Positions 39,240 through 49,335 of a stretch of DNA of 64,000 bases are shown piece by piece. Positions within the stretch are counted from its first letter, which is position 1, and the number at the start of each line of letters is the position of its first letter. The notes below the pieces were generated by a model that ran no database searches, was not told the DNA's origin, and was given only the letters and a program-made list of their open reading frames with translations. Origin of the DNA: Gammaproteobacteria bacterium (GTDB lineage: Bacteria; Pseudomonadota; Gammaproteobacteria; Eutrophobiales; Eutrophobiaceae); NCBI GenBank assembly GCA_965243205.1, contig CBDEUK010000002.1:256001-320000 (forward strand), read 5' to 3'. A program made the position numbers and the translations under genes.

Positions 39240-41366
39240 ATGGCTAAATCAGAAGAAAAAACCAGCATTCAATTAATCGTCGGTGCAGTGGGTTTTGGTA
39301 TTGTTGCTGCGTTATTAGCAATGCTTTACTTAAACGCAAAAGAAGCACAACTTAAGAAAAAATACGAACAAGACCAAGCACAAACACTACGTGTCGTTGT
39401 AGCCAATCAAGATTTATTTAAAGGCCAGGAAATTACCAAAGATTTATTCAGTGCACGTAGAGTGCCTGAACCATATGTACATGCGGATGCTATTTTCCCA
39501 GCTGATTTTGATCAATATCTTGGTCGTTCTTTAGTTGCTGATTTAGCAAGAGGTAAGACTTTATTAAAAAGTTTTATGGATGAAGATTTTCCCAGAGATT
39601 TCTCAGATATTATTGCTGAAGGTAAACGAGCAATGACCATTACTGTTGATGATATAAATTCGATTGGTGGTTTTTTGCGTCCAGGTAATCGTATCGATCT
39701 TTTCGTCAATATTCCTTATGCCGCTTCAGGTTTTAGTACAGATGTCTTTGCTACTGCAAAAGAAGAAGGTTTATTAGAATTATTACCCGACGAAATTTTA
39801 GCATCTATACCCTCTGAACTACTTGATGCAGCCAGTGACTTAGATGATCCAACAAGCTTATTAGGTGGTATAGCGCCTGATGATGTCATCATTCCAGTTT
39901 TACAAAATATTACCGTACTCGCGGCAGGCCGAGATCCTTATCGCGAAACCTTAGATGCATTAAGACAACCACAACGTCGAACCGAATCCAGTTTTTCACA
40001 CATAACGGTTGAAGTTGATCCACAGCAAGCTGCACTCATTACAATTGCACAAGATAAAGGTGAAATCGTAACGTTGTTACGTAATCGTTATGATGAAAGT
40101 GCATCGGAATTTACAACTGTAAGTTCACCTGATTTATTTGAAAATGCATCTCGAATGGCCAGTCTTGAAAAAGATCGCGCTTCAAGAGCCAGTGTTGCAG
40201 CAGGAGTTGATGTTAATGGTAATTTAGTTGATGCCGATGGCAATAAATTAATGACTCGACAACAACTAAAAGATGCTGGTTATACCGTTAATGCAGACGG
40301 TCAGATTGTTGATAAAGACGGTAATGTAGTTGATCCAAACGATCTTGTACTTGGGCCAGACGGCAATGTCATGACAAAACAACAACTAGCAGAAGCCGGA
40401 ATTACAGTTAATGAGAGTGGACAATTGATTGATGAAAACGGCAATGTGATTGATAGTAATGATGTTGTCGTTGGTAATGACGGCAAGATAATGACTAAAG
40501 ATCAACTTGCAGCTTCTGGATTAAGCGTTAATGAAAACGGCGAGATTGTGGATGAAAACGGCAAGGTCATTAATAGCAGTGATATGGTTGTCGCTAAGGA
40601 TGGCAGCGTTATTACCAAAGATCAATTAGCAGCTGCTGGTTACAGTATTAACGAAAATGGTGAGATCGTTGATAAAGACGGCAACGTAGTCCAACCTGAA
40701 GATTTAATCATTGCTGCTGATGGCAGCGTGTTAAATGAAAAACAATTAGCGGATGCAGGTTTAAAAGTGAATGAGTTTGGTCAAATCGTTGATGAGAACG
40801 GTAATGTTGTTGATCCAAAAACATTGGTCGTTGCTTCTGATGGTTCTGTTATCAATAGTAAACAACTTAAAGCTGCTGGTTTAAGTATTGATGAAGATGG
40901 CAATATTGTTGATAAAAATGGAAACATAGTCGATCAAGATGATTTGATTACATCTGCTAACGGGGAAATATTAAGTAAACAGCAGTTAAAAGATGCTGGT
41001 ATTAAGGTTGGAGCCAGTCTTGATGCAAACGGAAACTTACTTGATGCTAGTGGAAAAATTATAGCCAGCAGAGCTCAATTAGAAGCTGCGGGTTATCGTA
41101 TCAATGAGAATGGTCAAATAATTGATAAAGATGGCAATGTTATTGACCCATCAAATATTATGGTTTCAGCAACGGGTGAAATTCTAACAGCCGATAGAAT
41201 TACTCAAATTGCTAAGGAACAAACAATTTTAGGCACTAAGGGTAAATCAAACAGTTATGAATTGATTATTGGAGGCTCTAGTGAAGATGGAGAGGCTAAA
41301 AAATCGAGAAAATCACTTTCTGAAGATGAGTCTGAAAAGGTAAAAGAAACTTCAGAAAAGAAATAA
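39240..41366 (+). CDS. cpaB: Flp pilus assembly protein CpaB/RcpC with long repeat extension
   Basis: TM, SAF domain (VVVANQDL), GKRAMTITVD..SIGGFLRPGNRIDL, LQNITVLAAG, TLLRN. Confidence 0.88.
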   Translation: MAKSEEKTSIQLIVGAVGFGIVAALLAMLYLNAKEAQLKKKYEQDQAQTLRVVVANQDLFKGQEITKDLFSARRVPEPYVHADAIFPADFDQYLGRSLVADLARGKTLLKSFMDEDFPRDFSDIIAEGKRAMTITVDDINSIGGFLRPGNRIDLFVNIPYAASGFSTDVFATAKEEGLLELLPDEILASIPSELLDAASDLDDPTSLLGGIAPDDVIIPVLQNITVLAAGRDPYRETLDALRQPQRRTESSFSHITVEVDPQQAALITIAQDKGEIVTLLRNRYDESASEFTTVSSPDLFENASRMASLEKDRASRASVAAGVDVNGNLVDADGNKLMTRQQLKDAGYTVNADGQIVDKDGNVVDPNDLVLGPDGNVMTKQQLAEAGITVNESGQLIDENGNVIDSNDVVVGNDGKIMTKDQLAASGLSVNENGEIVDENGKVINSSDMVVAKDGSVITKDQLAAAGYSINENGEIVDKDGNVVQPEDLIIAADGSVLNEKQLADAGLKVNEFGQIVDENGNVVDPKTLVVASDGSVINSKQLKAAGLSIDEDGNIVDKNGNIVDQDDLITSANGEILSKQQLKDAGIKVGASLDANGNLLDASGKIIASRAQLEAAGYRINENGQIIDKDGNVIDPSNIMVSATGEILTADRITQIAKEQTILGTKGKSNSYELIIGGSSEDGEAKKSRKSLSEDESEKVKETSEKK
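40203..41195 (+). repeat. intragenic 120-bp (40-aa) tandem repeat, 7 full and 2 partial units
   Basis: QLxxAG units begin at 40263, 40383, 40503, 40623, 40743, 40863, 40983 (short) and 41076. Consensus QLxxAGyxvNenGqIVDxdGNVVDpxdlvvxxDGxvmtkx. Confidence 0.92.
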
Positions 41367-41421
41367 CTTTACATAATTATTATTAGATATAAACAACACT
41401 CATTCGTGGGAATATAAGACT

Positions 41422-42924
41422 ATGTTTAAAAGAATAATCATCGCAATAAGCTTTTTAGTCGTTGCCAATTACTGTATCGCTGGCACCAAGCTTGAGCTTA
41501 ATCAAGGTGAAATCAAGATCTTAAAATTATCAAATATCGAACGAGTTGCTATTGGTAATCCTGCGGCAGTGAGTTATTCCATTTTGGAAAGTGGACAGCT
41601 TTTATTAATTGCTGAGGCAGCAGGAAGTTCTGATGTGCATGTTTGGTTTTATGATGGAGAAGAAACAGAGTACTCAATTCATGTTATCGAAAGTGCATCG
41701 AACTTAGTACAGAAAAAAAATGAAGTAGAAAAATTACTGGCTGATATTTATGGATTGGATATAAAAATTGTCGGTGATCGTATTGTTTTAAGTGGAGATA
41801 TAGGTTTTGGTGATGAAGCAAAAATACAAACGGTAGTCGATGCCTATGAAGAAGTACTGAATAGTACTAATTTTGGTATAAACGATTTACGTAGGAAGAG
41901 AGATGAAATAGCTGATATGTTGTCATCTGCTGAAGGGTTATTGGTTAAGATAGTTGGTGACAAGATTATATTAAAAGGTGTGATTGATAATAGTTTTGAA
42001 GAACCAATAGAAACTGTGAAAAGTGTTTATCCTGAATTATTAGATCTAACTCAACGAGCAAGCCTGGATGTAGAATCACCTGATAATAAAATGGTGTTAA
42101 TGAATATCAAGATAACTGAATTCGCTAAAAATTATCTTGATTCTTTAGGTATTAATTGGCAAACAACAATAGCGGGCCCTACCGCTGGGTTTGCATTCAC
42201 TCCGCAAAGCAATGATACATTTAGAGCATTAAATCAACCTGGAGATGATGGACTTGGAGCTGCTAGTTTTCAAGGTGCGCTTTCTAGTACGGCTGGACGA
42301 AGTGCGCTCGGTTATTTTGGAATTGCTTCTGAGATTACTTCACGTATCAATTTTGCAGTAAGCTCAGGCGATGCACTTATCTTAGCTGAACCAAGGCTTG
42401 CAGCGAGAAGCGGTGGAGAGGCTACTTTTCTTTCAGGCGGTGAATTTCCTATACAGATTTCTAATATTAATGGTACAACAATAGAATTTAAAGAGTTTGG
42501 AATTCAGTTAGGAATAGCTCCAGTTGTTGATCGTAATAATGTTGTCAGAGCGTTTGTATCTACAGAAATTAGTTCAATAAATAATGCCGTAGCGGTTGCA
42601 GGTGTTCCAGGGTTGAATACCCGTCAAACTCAAGCCGATGTTATTTTGCGGTCAGGTGAAACATTGGTTATGTCAGGTTTGTTAAATCAAGAAGCTAGTA
42701 AAGATATTTCCGGTATAAAATTTTTAAAAGATGTTCCTGTACTAGGTGCTTTGTTTCGTTCTGAAAATTTTCGGGATAATAAAACTGAGTTGGTAATTTT
42801 TGTTACACCAGAAGTATTCGATTCGAGTTCTGAACAGAATATAAACGCAATAAAATCAGCTAATGAGAATGTTGAAGCTTTTATTGAAGCTGTCGATGAA
42901 GATTCTCTAGATATAGTATATTAA
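41422..42924 (+). CDS. cpaC: Tad secretin RcpA/CpaC
   Basis: Pilus N-domain (ERVAIGNP), two BON-like repeats, LAEPRLAARSGGEATFLSGGEFP, EFKEFG, ELVIFVTP. Confidence 0.9.
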   Translation: MFKRIIIAISFLVVANYCIAGTKLELNQGEIKILKLSNIERVAIGNPAAVSYSILESGQLLLIAEAAGSSDVHVWFYDGEETEYSIHVIESASNLVQKKNEVEKLLADIYGLDIKIVGDRIVLSGDIGFGDEAKIQTVVDAYEEVLNSTNFGINDLRRKRDEIADMLSSAEGLLVKIVGDKIILKGVIDNSFEEPIETVKSVYPELLDLTQRASLDVESPDNKMVLMNIKITEFAKNYLDSLGINWQTTIAGPTAGFAFTPQSNDTFRALNQPGDDGLGAASFQGALSSTAGRSALGYFGIASEITSRINFAVSSGDALILAEPRLAARSGGEATFLSGGEFPIQISNINGTTIEFKEFGIQLGIAPVVDRNNVVRAFVSTEISSINNAVAVAGVPGLNTRQTQADVILRSGETLVMSGLLNQEASKDISGIKFLKDVPVLGALFRSENFRDNKTELVIFVTPEVFDSSSEQNINAIKSANENVEAFIEAVDEDSLDIVY

Positions 42925-42939
42925 TAAGAGAAGCCAGAT

Positions 42940-44733
42940 ATGTTTCATGTTTTAGTAAGCAATAGTAAAGGTGAGCGGTTACAAAATTTTAAATGCACCG
43001 TTAATGAATGTCCTATTGGTAAAGCTAGAGATAACTTTATTCAATTACGTGGTTGGAAAGTCGCAAATCATCACGCAGTTATTACACGTACCTCAGAAGG
43101 TTTGTTTATAGAAAGTAAAACTAATAAATCTAATATTGAAGTTAACGGTAAAGATGTTGAGCATTATGGGCCAATAAGCACATCAGATAAAATTAATATC
43201 GCTGGATACTATATACAAGCTGGCTTAGCTGAAAGAGTCGATAATGAAGATGCTCCTGCAGTAAGTCATAATGTTAATTCTGAGATTGATATAAATTTAA
43301 CTGAAAAAGTTAGTTTAGATGATACTCTTAATGAAAATAAAAAGATTAACTTAGATGAAACTCTTGAGACAGAATTTTTATTAAAAACGGTTCATGGTTT
43401 TAATGTTAATGGTGACGATGATGATGACGGTCCTGAGGAACATAGCCAAACTCTCATTGATATAAAACATAGTGAAAAATTTAAATGGCGTAACAGAGTT
43501 CACGAAGAATTATTGTCAGCAATGGATTTGCGTAGAACGGATATTAGCAGCATGGATGAAACTGAGTTACGAAAACACGTTCAAAAATTAATCGGTGAAA
43601 TTATTGCTGAGCTGGGGTCTAAAATTCCTAGTAGTGTTAATAAAGAAAAATTAGCCATTGATGTATTAAATGAAGCCGTTGGTTTAGGACCGTTAGAAGA
43701 ATTATTGGCCGATGAAAACGTTACTGAAATTATGCTAAATAAATTCGATGAAATATTCATTGAAAAATCTGGCAAATTAACCTTATCTGATATTTCATTT
43801 TCCAGTGATGAAGCAGTATTAACGGCAATAGAACGTATTGTTTCTCCTTTAGGTAGAAGAATTGATGAAAGTTCTCCTTTAGTTGATGCGCGATTGAAAG
43901 ATGGTTCTCGTGTTAATGCGATCATTCCTCCTTTAGCTTTACGTGGACCTTGTTTAACTATTCGAAAATTTGCAAAGCAAAAATTAGTTGCAAAAGACTT
44001 AATTAATTTCGGCGCTTTAAATGAAGATATGGTTAACTTTTTAGAAACTGCTGTAAAGAATCATATGAACATTCTTATTTCAGGTGGTACAGGTAGTGGT
44101 AAAACGACCTTGTTAAACGTGTTATCAAATTTTATTCCACCGAGCGAACGTATTATCACTGTTGAAGATGCAGCCGAATTAAAATTAGTACAACCCCACT
44201 TAGTGAGTCTTGAAGCCCGACCTGCTAATTTGGAAGGCAAGGGTGCTATACCAATTCGTGATTTAGTAAAAAACTGTTTACGTATGCGACCTGATAGAAT
44301 TGTTGTTGGTGAGTGTCGTAGTGGCGAAACCTTAGATATGTTACAGGCTATGAATACAGGTCATGATGGTTCATTAACAACTGCACATGCTAACTCACCT
44401 AGAGACATGATCGCACGTTTAGAAGTGATGGTGATGATGTCTGGTTTAGACTTACCTGTTGCTGCAATTAGAGAAATGGTAGCTTCAGCGATACATTTAA
44501 TAGTGCAAATTGCACGATTTTCTGATGGAAGCCGTCGTGTAACCAATATTACTGAGATCACAGGTGTAGAATCAGGCATAGTATCTATGCAAGATGTATT
44601 TCGTTATCAACAAGAAGGTTTTGATGAACAGGGAAAAGTGAAAGGGTATTTCGAAGCAACTGGAGTTATTCCTCATTTTTATGAAGAAATGCGCCAACGT
44701 GGCCTGCCAGTCGATATGTCTATTTTTTCTTGA
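42940..44733 (+). CDS. cpaF: Tad motor ATPase TadA/CpaF with N-terminal FHA-like domain
   Basis: GLGPLE.LL, DARLKDGSRVNA, GGTGSGKTT, LRMRPDRIVVGE and AMNTGHDGS motifs. Confidence 0.95.
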   Translation: MFHVLVSNSKGERLQNFKCTVNECPIGKARDNFIQLRGWKVANHHAVITRTSEGLFIESKTNKSNIEVNGKDVEHYGPISTSDKINIAGYYIQAGLAERVDNEDAPAVSHNVNSEIDINLTEKVSLDDTLNENKKINLDETLETEFLLKTVHGFNVNGDDDDDGPEEHSQTLIDIKHSEKFKWRNRVHEELLSAMDLRRTDISSMDETELRKHVQKLIGEIIAELGSKIPSSVNKEKLAIDVLNEAVGLGPLEELLADENVTEIMLNKFDEIFIEKSGKLTLSDISFSSDEAVLTAIERIVSPLGRRIDESSPLVDARLKDGSRVNAIIPPLALRGPCLTIRKFAKQKLVAKDLINFGALNEDMVNFLETAVKNHMNILISGGTGSGKTTLLNVLSNFIPPSERIITVEDAAELKLVQPHLVSLEARPANLEGKGAIPIRDLVKNCLRMRPDRIVVGECRSGETLDMLQAMNTGHDGSLTTAHANSPRDMIARLEVMVMMSGLDLPVAAIREMVASAIHLIVQIARFSDGSRRVTNITEITGVESGIVSMQDVFRYQQEGFDEQGKVKGYFEATGVIPHFYEEMRQRGLPVDMSIFS

Positions 44734-44742
44734 GATAGAATT

Positions 44743-45624
44743 ATGATGGAATTTTTTTATGGTCTTTCAGCTGAAGTAAGTTTCTACTTAACAATTGCCT
44801 GTGTTTTTCTAACAGTATGTCTATTATGGTTTATCGTAGCAAAAAAAATACAAATAGCTGTTGAGAATTATAAAAATACATTTACATCAGCGGCGAATAG
44901 TCAATTATCAGATATGTTTGTATCATTTGATGCACAACAATTATTTATATTTAATTTAATTGCCATCATCTTATTACCATTATTCATTTGGTTACTTACT
45001 GGAGATATTTCAGCCACAGTTGTAATGTTTGCAGTGATATTCTTTTTGCCAACTATTATCTATCGTTCCATAAGAAAAAAACGTTTAAAACGTTTCGAAC
45101 AACAACTCCCTGATGCACTAGCAATGGTGTCGGGTGCAATACGCGCTGGAGCAAGCTTGAATATTGCTTTAGAAGGAATGGTAAAAGAACAGCCTGCTCC
45201 TATATCTCAAGAATTTGAATTGTTTCTAAGAGAGCAAAGACTCGGTGTTGACTTTGAGTTGTCATTGAAAAATATGGAACAGCGTATTCCTATACAAGAT
45301 TTTAATATGTTGGTAACTGCTCTCATGATTAATAGAGAGGTTGGTGGTAATTTGGCTGAGACTATGGAAAGTTTAGGTGAAACATTAAGACGTAAACAAA
45401 TGATGGAAGGTAAGATCGAAGGTTTAACAGCCCAAGGAAAATTACAAGGTATTGTTATGACAGGGTTACCAATTTTTCTTGGCGTGTTATTAAATTTTAT
45501 GGAACCTGAAGCAATGAGTAAATTGTGGACAACAACGATTGGTTGGGTTGTTTTAAGTATTATTATTGTTATGGAAACGTTGGGTTATTTTATTATTAAT
45601 AAAATTACAAGTATCGATGTTTAG
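44743..45624 (+). CDS. tadB: Tad inner-membrane platform TadB
   Basis: QLPDAL...RAG, PISQEF, EVGGNLAE, LTAQGKL. Confidence 0.9.
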   Translation: MMEFFYGLSAEVSFYLTIACVFLTVCLLWFIVAKKIQIAVENYKNTFTSAANSQLSDMFVSFDAQQLFIFNLIAIILLPLFIWLLTGDISATVVMFAVIFFLPTIIYRSIRKKRLKRFEQQLPDALAMVSGAIRAGASLNIALEGMVKEQPAPISQEFELFLREQRLGVDFELSLKNMEQRIPIQDFNMLVTALMINREVGGNLAETMESLGETLRRKQMMEGKIEGLTAQGKLQGIVMTGLPIFLGVLLNFMEPEAMSKLWTTTIGWVVLSIIIVMETLGYFIINKITSIDV

Positions 45625-45636
45625 TTTTTATACTAT

Positions 45637-46518
45637 ATGAATAGTTTATATTACAGTGGAAGCCTAATTACATTTGCTATTGCCGGCATTCTATTTTTTG
45701 CTTTAGTAGCATTTTTGTATTCCATGATCGATCAAGAAGATCGTACATACATGGACCCACTCCCATGGAAGTTAAAGATACTTTGGCCATTTATACAAAT
45801 TATAGCTAATTTCTTTGTGGTATATCTTCCTTATGAACTATTAGAAAGTACAGATAAAAAAATTTCCCAGTCAGGAGTCAGTTATTTATTAAATGCTGAA
45901 CAGTTTATTGCTTTAAGAATTATTTCAGCCATCATAGCACCATTATTTGCTTTGTTTGTTATGGTAAGTCTTAAGAATTTTCAACCTGTATGGTTAATTA
46001 TTACCCCGATATTAGGATTTATGTTACCAATCATATGGTTGTCAGATACACGTAAAAAACGTGATGATGCAGTGATCAGAACATTGCCTGTTTATCTTGA
46101 TTTTCTAACGATGTGTGTAGAAGGAGGACTCAATTTACAAGGAGCATTAGGGCAGGCTATGGAAAAAGCACCAGCAGGTCCATTAAGAAATGAGTTTGCT
46201 ATAGTATTACGTGATTTACGTTCAGGCTTATCGAGAGCTGATTCATTACGCCGCATGGCGGAACGTTTAGATATTCAAGAGATTACAAGTTTTGTCAGTT
46301 CTATCATTCAAGCTGAAAAGATGGGCGCATCGATGGCTAGTGTATTACGCATCCAGTCAGATCAACGAAGAAATGAACGTTTTCAACGAGCTGAAAAAAA
46401 AGCAATGGAAGCGCCAGTAAAATTAGTTTTTCCACTCGTATTATTTATTTTTCCAGTCACATTTATCGTTTTATTATTTCCTATCGCTATGAAATTTATT
46501 AGTGAAGGCTTGTTATGA
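45637..46518 (+). CDS. tadC: Tad inner-membrane platform TadC
   Basis: LPVYLDFL.MCVEGG, QAEKMG, AEKKAMEAPVKLVFPLVLFIFP. Confidence 0.9.
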   Translation: MNSLYYSGSLITFAIAGILFFALVAFLYSMIDQEDRTYMDPLPWKLKILWPFIQIIANFFVVYLPYELLESTDKKISQSGVSYLLNAEQFIALRIISAIIAPLFALFVMVSLKNFQPVWLIITPILGFMLPIIWLSDTRKKRDDAVIRTLPVYLDFLTMCVEGGLNLQGALGQAMEKAPAGPLRNEFAIVLRDLRSGLSRADSLRRMAERLDIQEITSFVSSIIQAEKMGASMASVLRIQSDQRRNERFQRAEKKAMEAPVKLVFPLVLFIFPVTFIVLLFPIAMKFISEGLL

Positions 46519-46868
46519 TTCATGGTTATTTAGAGAATGAAAAAGGCGATTGCTTGATCTCTGAAGTTAAAAAAACTTCAAACTTTATTGAACGTTTCGT
46601 TGGTTTATTAGGAAAAAAACCATTAAATTCAAATCAAGCATTATTAATCGCTCCTTGTTCATCTGTACATACATTCGGTATGCGCTACCCAATTGATTTG
46701 ATATTTCTCAATAAAGATTTCATAGTATTAAAAACAGTTCGATCATTAAAGCCATGGCGTTTTGCTTTTGCAAATTCAGCTTCAATGGTTGTAGAAATGT
46801 CAGGTAATGCACTTGATACTTTAAACATTAATGTAAAACAAAAACTTTTCTGGCATGAAAAAAAATAA
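46515..46868 (+). CDS. DUF192 family protein
   Basis: RFVGLLG, PCSSVHTFGMRYPIDLIFL, LKPWR motifs. Confidence 0.85.
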   Translation: MIHGYLENEKGDCLISEVKKTSNFIERFVGLLGKKPLNSNQALLIAPCSSVHTFGMRYPIDLIFLNKDFIVLKTVRSLKPWRFAFANSASMVVEMSGNALDTLNINVKQKLFWHEKK

Positions 46869-47340
46869 ACTCTTTTTTAATATTTTATTTCTATTAGTAG
46901 CTTTGCCTCATCTATATGCTTGTAGTCAAATGGCGGTCCAATCTGAAAATAATACGACTGAGCAAGATAATAGTAGTGAATCGCTTTTAGTTCTTAGCCA
47001 AGAAGCTGAAACGGCTTATTTAAATAATGATTTAAATAAGAGTGCTGAGGCATATGAAATTCTAGTTGAAAAAATACCACAAGAGGCTACATATTGGTTT
47101 CGTTTAGCGAATATATATGTAAAAACAAATAGGCCTCAAGAAGCTATTGAATTATATAGAGAAGCTTTGATACGTGATCCAAAATTTTCTAAAGCTTGGT
47201 ATAACTTAAGTATCGTTCAATTAAAACAGACAGCATATAATTTAAATGAAATGTTGATCTATACTGATCCAAATGATCCACTTTATGAGAAAGGTATAGT
47301 TATACTTGAAAAAGTAGAAGATATTATAAAGCAAGATTAA
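46855..47340 (+). CDS. TPR lipoprotein (TadD/pilotin-like)
   Basis: Lipobox LYAC; TPR motifs YWFRLANIY...AIELYREAL..DP...AWYNL. Confidence 0.75.
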   Translation: MKKNKLFFNILFLLVALPHLYACSQMAVQSENNTTEQDNSSESLLVLSQEAETAYLNNDLNKSAEAYEILVEKIPQEATYWFRLANIYVKTNRPQEAIELYREALIRDPKFSKAWYNLSIVQLKQTAYNLNEMLIYTDPNDPLYEKGIVILEKVEDIIKQD

Positions 47341-47356
47341 TTTTCAACTTTATTTT

Positions 47357-48301
47357 ATGAATGCTATAAAACTAAAAAAAATAAATGGTTTTAATCATAT
47401 GCTAGGCCAGTCTATGGTTGAGTTTGTGATTGTATTGCCAGTGATGATGATGTTAATACTAGCAATCATTCAGTTTGGACTAATTTATAAAGCTAAAATT
47501 ACACTTAATTATGCTGCGTATCAAACAGCTAGAGCAGGCACCTTAAATAATGCCAGTTTAGAAACTATGAATTTAGCCTTCTCTAGTAATATGGCGCCAC
47601 TCTATACAACTAGTTATTTTAATATGGATAGTAGTGGTAATTGCACCAGTAGTTTTGCTGCTACTGATAGTGCTAGAAATACTAGGCTTGGAGGAAAAGA
47701 AATCACTGAGAATGGCTTGCGTGGAATATTAGATGCTAATATCAATAATTTCGATTCTGAAAAAGTCTTGTGTGCTAGAAAAGTAGTTAACCGTCAGATA
47801 GACGATGGGTACGTAAGGATATCGGTAGTTAACCCAAGTCCAACATCATTTTCTAATTTTGGGGTTGATGGTTATTACGATAGTAATGATGATGGTAATT
47901 ACAGTACGGTTAATATGATTCCAAATGATAATCTTATGTATCGTGATCCTACCGTGATTGCCTCTGGTTCTTCTGGCCAGTCAATACAAGATGCAAACTT
48001 ACTCAAAATTCATGTTGGCTATTGTTATGAATTAATTATTCCATTTATTAATCGCATAATTTGGGCAATGCAAAATTATGGACCTGGTTCTGCGCCACCT
48101 CAGGAAAAAATGGTTGGTAATTATTGGGCTGATCCTAATGCAACGCCACCAGGTTTTTTTGGGCCACCACAAGGTGATTTTGCAACGAGCTGTATAACTA
48201 ATCCGACAGATGCAAACCGTTACAGTATTGTTCTATATTCTCAAGCTATTATGAGAATGCAGTCGAATGCGGTTGAATGTGAGGTTGCAGATAGTTGTTA
48301 A
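47357..48301 (+). CDS. TadE-like minor pilin
   Basis: GQSMVEF..VLP TM, LNYAAYQTARAG, IPNDNL and IQDANLLKI motifs. Confidence 0.82.
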   Translation: MNAIKLKKINGFNHMLGQSMVEFVIVLPVMMMLILAIIQFGLIYKAKITLNYAAYQTARAGTLNNASLETMNLAFSSNMAPLYTTSYFNMDSSGNCTSSFAATDSARNTRLGGKEITENGLRGILDANINNFDSEKVLCARKVVNRQIDDGYVRISVVNPSPTSFSNFGVDGYYDSNDDGNYSTVNMIPNDNLMYRDPTVIASGSSGQSIQDANLLKIHVGYCYELIIPFINRIIWAMQNYGPGSAPPQEKMVGNYWADPNATPPGFFGPPQGDFATSCITNPTDANRYSIVLYSQAIMRMQSNAVECEVADSC

Positions 48302-48316
48302 TTATATTGAAATTTA

Positions 48317-49252
48317 TTAATCCGCTACGATAACTCTATTACGCCCTTCTTCTTTTGCACGATAAAGTGCTTCATCTGCACGTTGTAAAAATGAATATTT
48401 ATTTTCTTCATCACGTAACTTAGCAACACCAATACTAATGGTCATTGTAATTTCATGTTCTTGATGTTTACAGATAAGGCTCTCAACAGCAGAACGAATT
48501 CTATTTGCTAATAGTGATGCGCCTTCAATTTGAGTATTACGTAATAAAATTAAAAATTCTTCGCCGCCATAACGAAATAATACGTCACTTCGTCGGACAC
48601 ATTCACGCATACAATCAGCAATAGTTTTTAATACTGCATCGCCTGCGATATGACCGTATGTATCGTTTATGTCTTTAAATTTATCAACATCGAGTAATAA
48701 AACCGTTAACGGTAAGTTATGGCGTTGAGCAAAATCTAATTCTTGATCAAATGCGCTATCCATCGCCGCACGGTTATTCAAATCAGTTAATGGATCTCGA
48801 AAGGCAGTTTCAATTGCACGTTTATATAGTAGAGAGTTTCTTACTGGATATAATAGTGCAGCAACTAATTTATCCAGATGATTTAATTCATCTTTAGTAA
48901 ATTGCTGTTTACGATAAAAACTAACTTCGCCAAGATTTTTTCTCAGTAATACTAATTTATAGGTATAGCAATAAGATTTATTTTCACCGAGTTCGACTAA
49001 GATATTTTCTTTGAGATTTTTATAGGTAAAGCCGTCATGAGGAATAAAGGCACTGACTTCATCATCATACAACTCAAGTAATTTGGTGATATCAAGCGTA
49101 CTCTGTAAAGTTTGGGTTAAACCGAGGAACGATGAGTCCTCCATAGCATTCGCAGGCATGCTATTTTCCATAGGCTTGTTAGTTTTTTCTGTATCCGTCA
49201 CGGGTATATCCAAAGTCTGTATTGGAATCGTATTACTGCTCGATTGTTGCAT
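48317..49252 (-). CDS. diguanylate cyclase (GGDEF)
   Basis: DPLT.LNNR, DVDKFK.IND.YGH..GD, RRSD I-site, RYGGEEF, ADEALY.AK..GRN. Confidence 0.93.
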   Translation of the reverse strand: MQQSSSNTIPIQTLDIPVTDTEKTNKPMENSMPANAMEDSSFLGLTQTLQSTLDITKLLELYDDEVSAFIPHDGFTYKNLKENILVELGENKSYCYTYKLVLLRKNLGEVSFYRKQQFTKDELNHLDKLVAALLYPVRNSLLYKRAIETAFRDPLTDLNNRAAMDSAFDQELDFAQRHNLPLTVLLLDVDKFKDINDTYGHIAGDAVLKTIADCMRECVRRSDVLFRYGGEEFLILLRNTQIEGASLLANRIRSAVESLICKHQEHEITMTISIGVAKLRDEENKYSFLQRADEALYRAKEEGRNRVIVAD

Positions 49253-49290
49253 AATATTATCTATACAATTGCTTAAGTTGTTAAATAATT

Positions 49291-49306
49291 TGCAATTAGA
49301 ATGCCA
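49291..49306 (-). promoter_or_regulatory. sigma-54 (-24/-12) promoter
   Basis: Minus strand TGGCATTCTAATTGCA has exact consensus spacing, about 40 bp upstream of the DGC ATG. Confidence 0.7.
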
Positions 49307-49322
49307 TTTATATATTTATAAT

Positions 49323-49335
49323 AATCAATAACTTA
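49323..49335 (+). promoter_or_regulatory. IHF binding site
   Basis: AATCAATAACTTA is a perfect WATCAANNNNTTR match, just upstream of the sigma-54 promoter. Confidence 0.55.
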
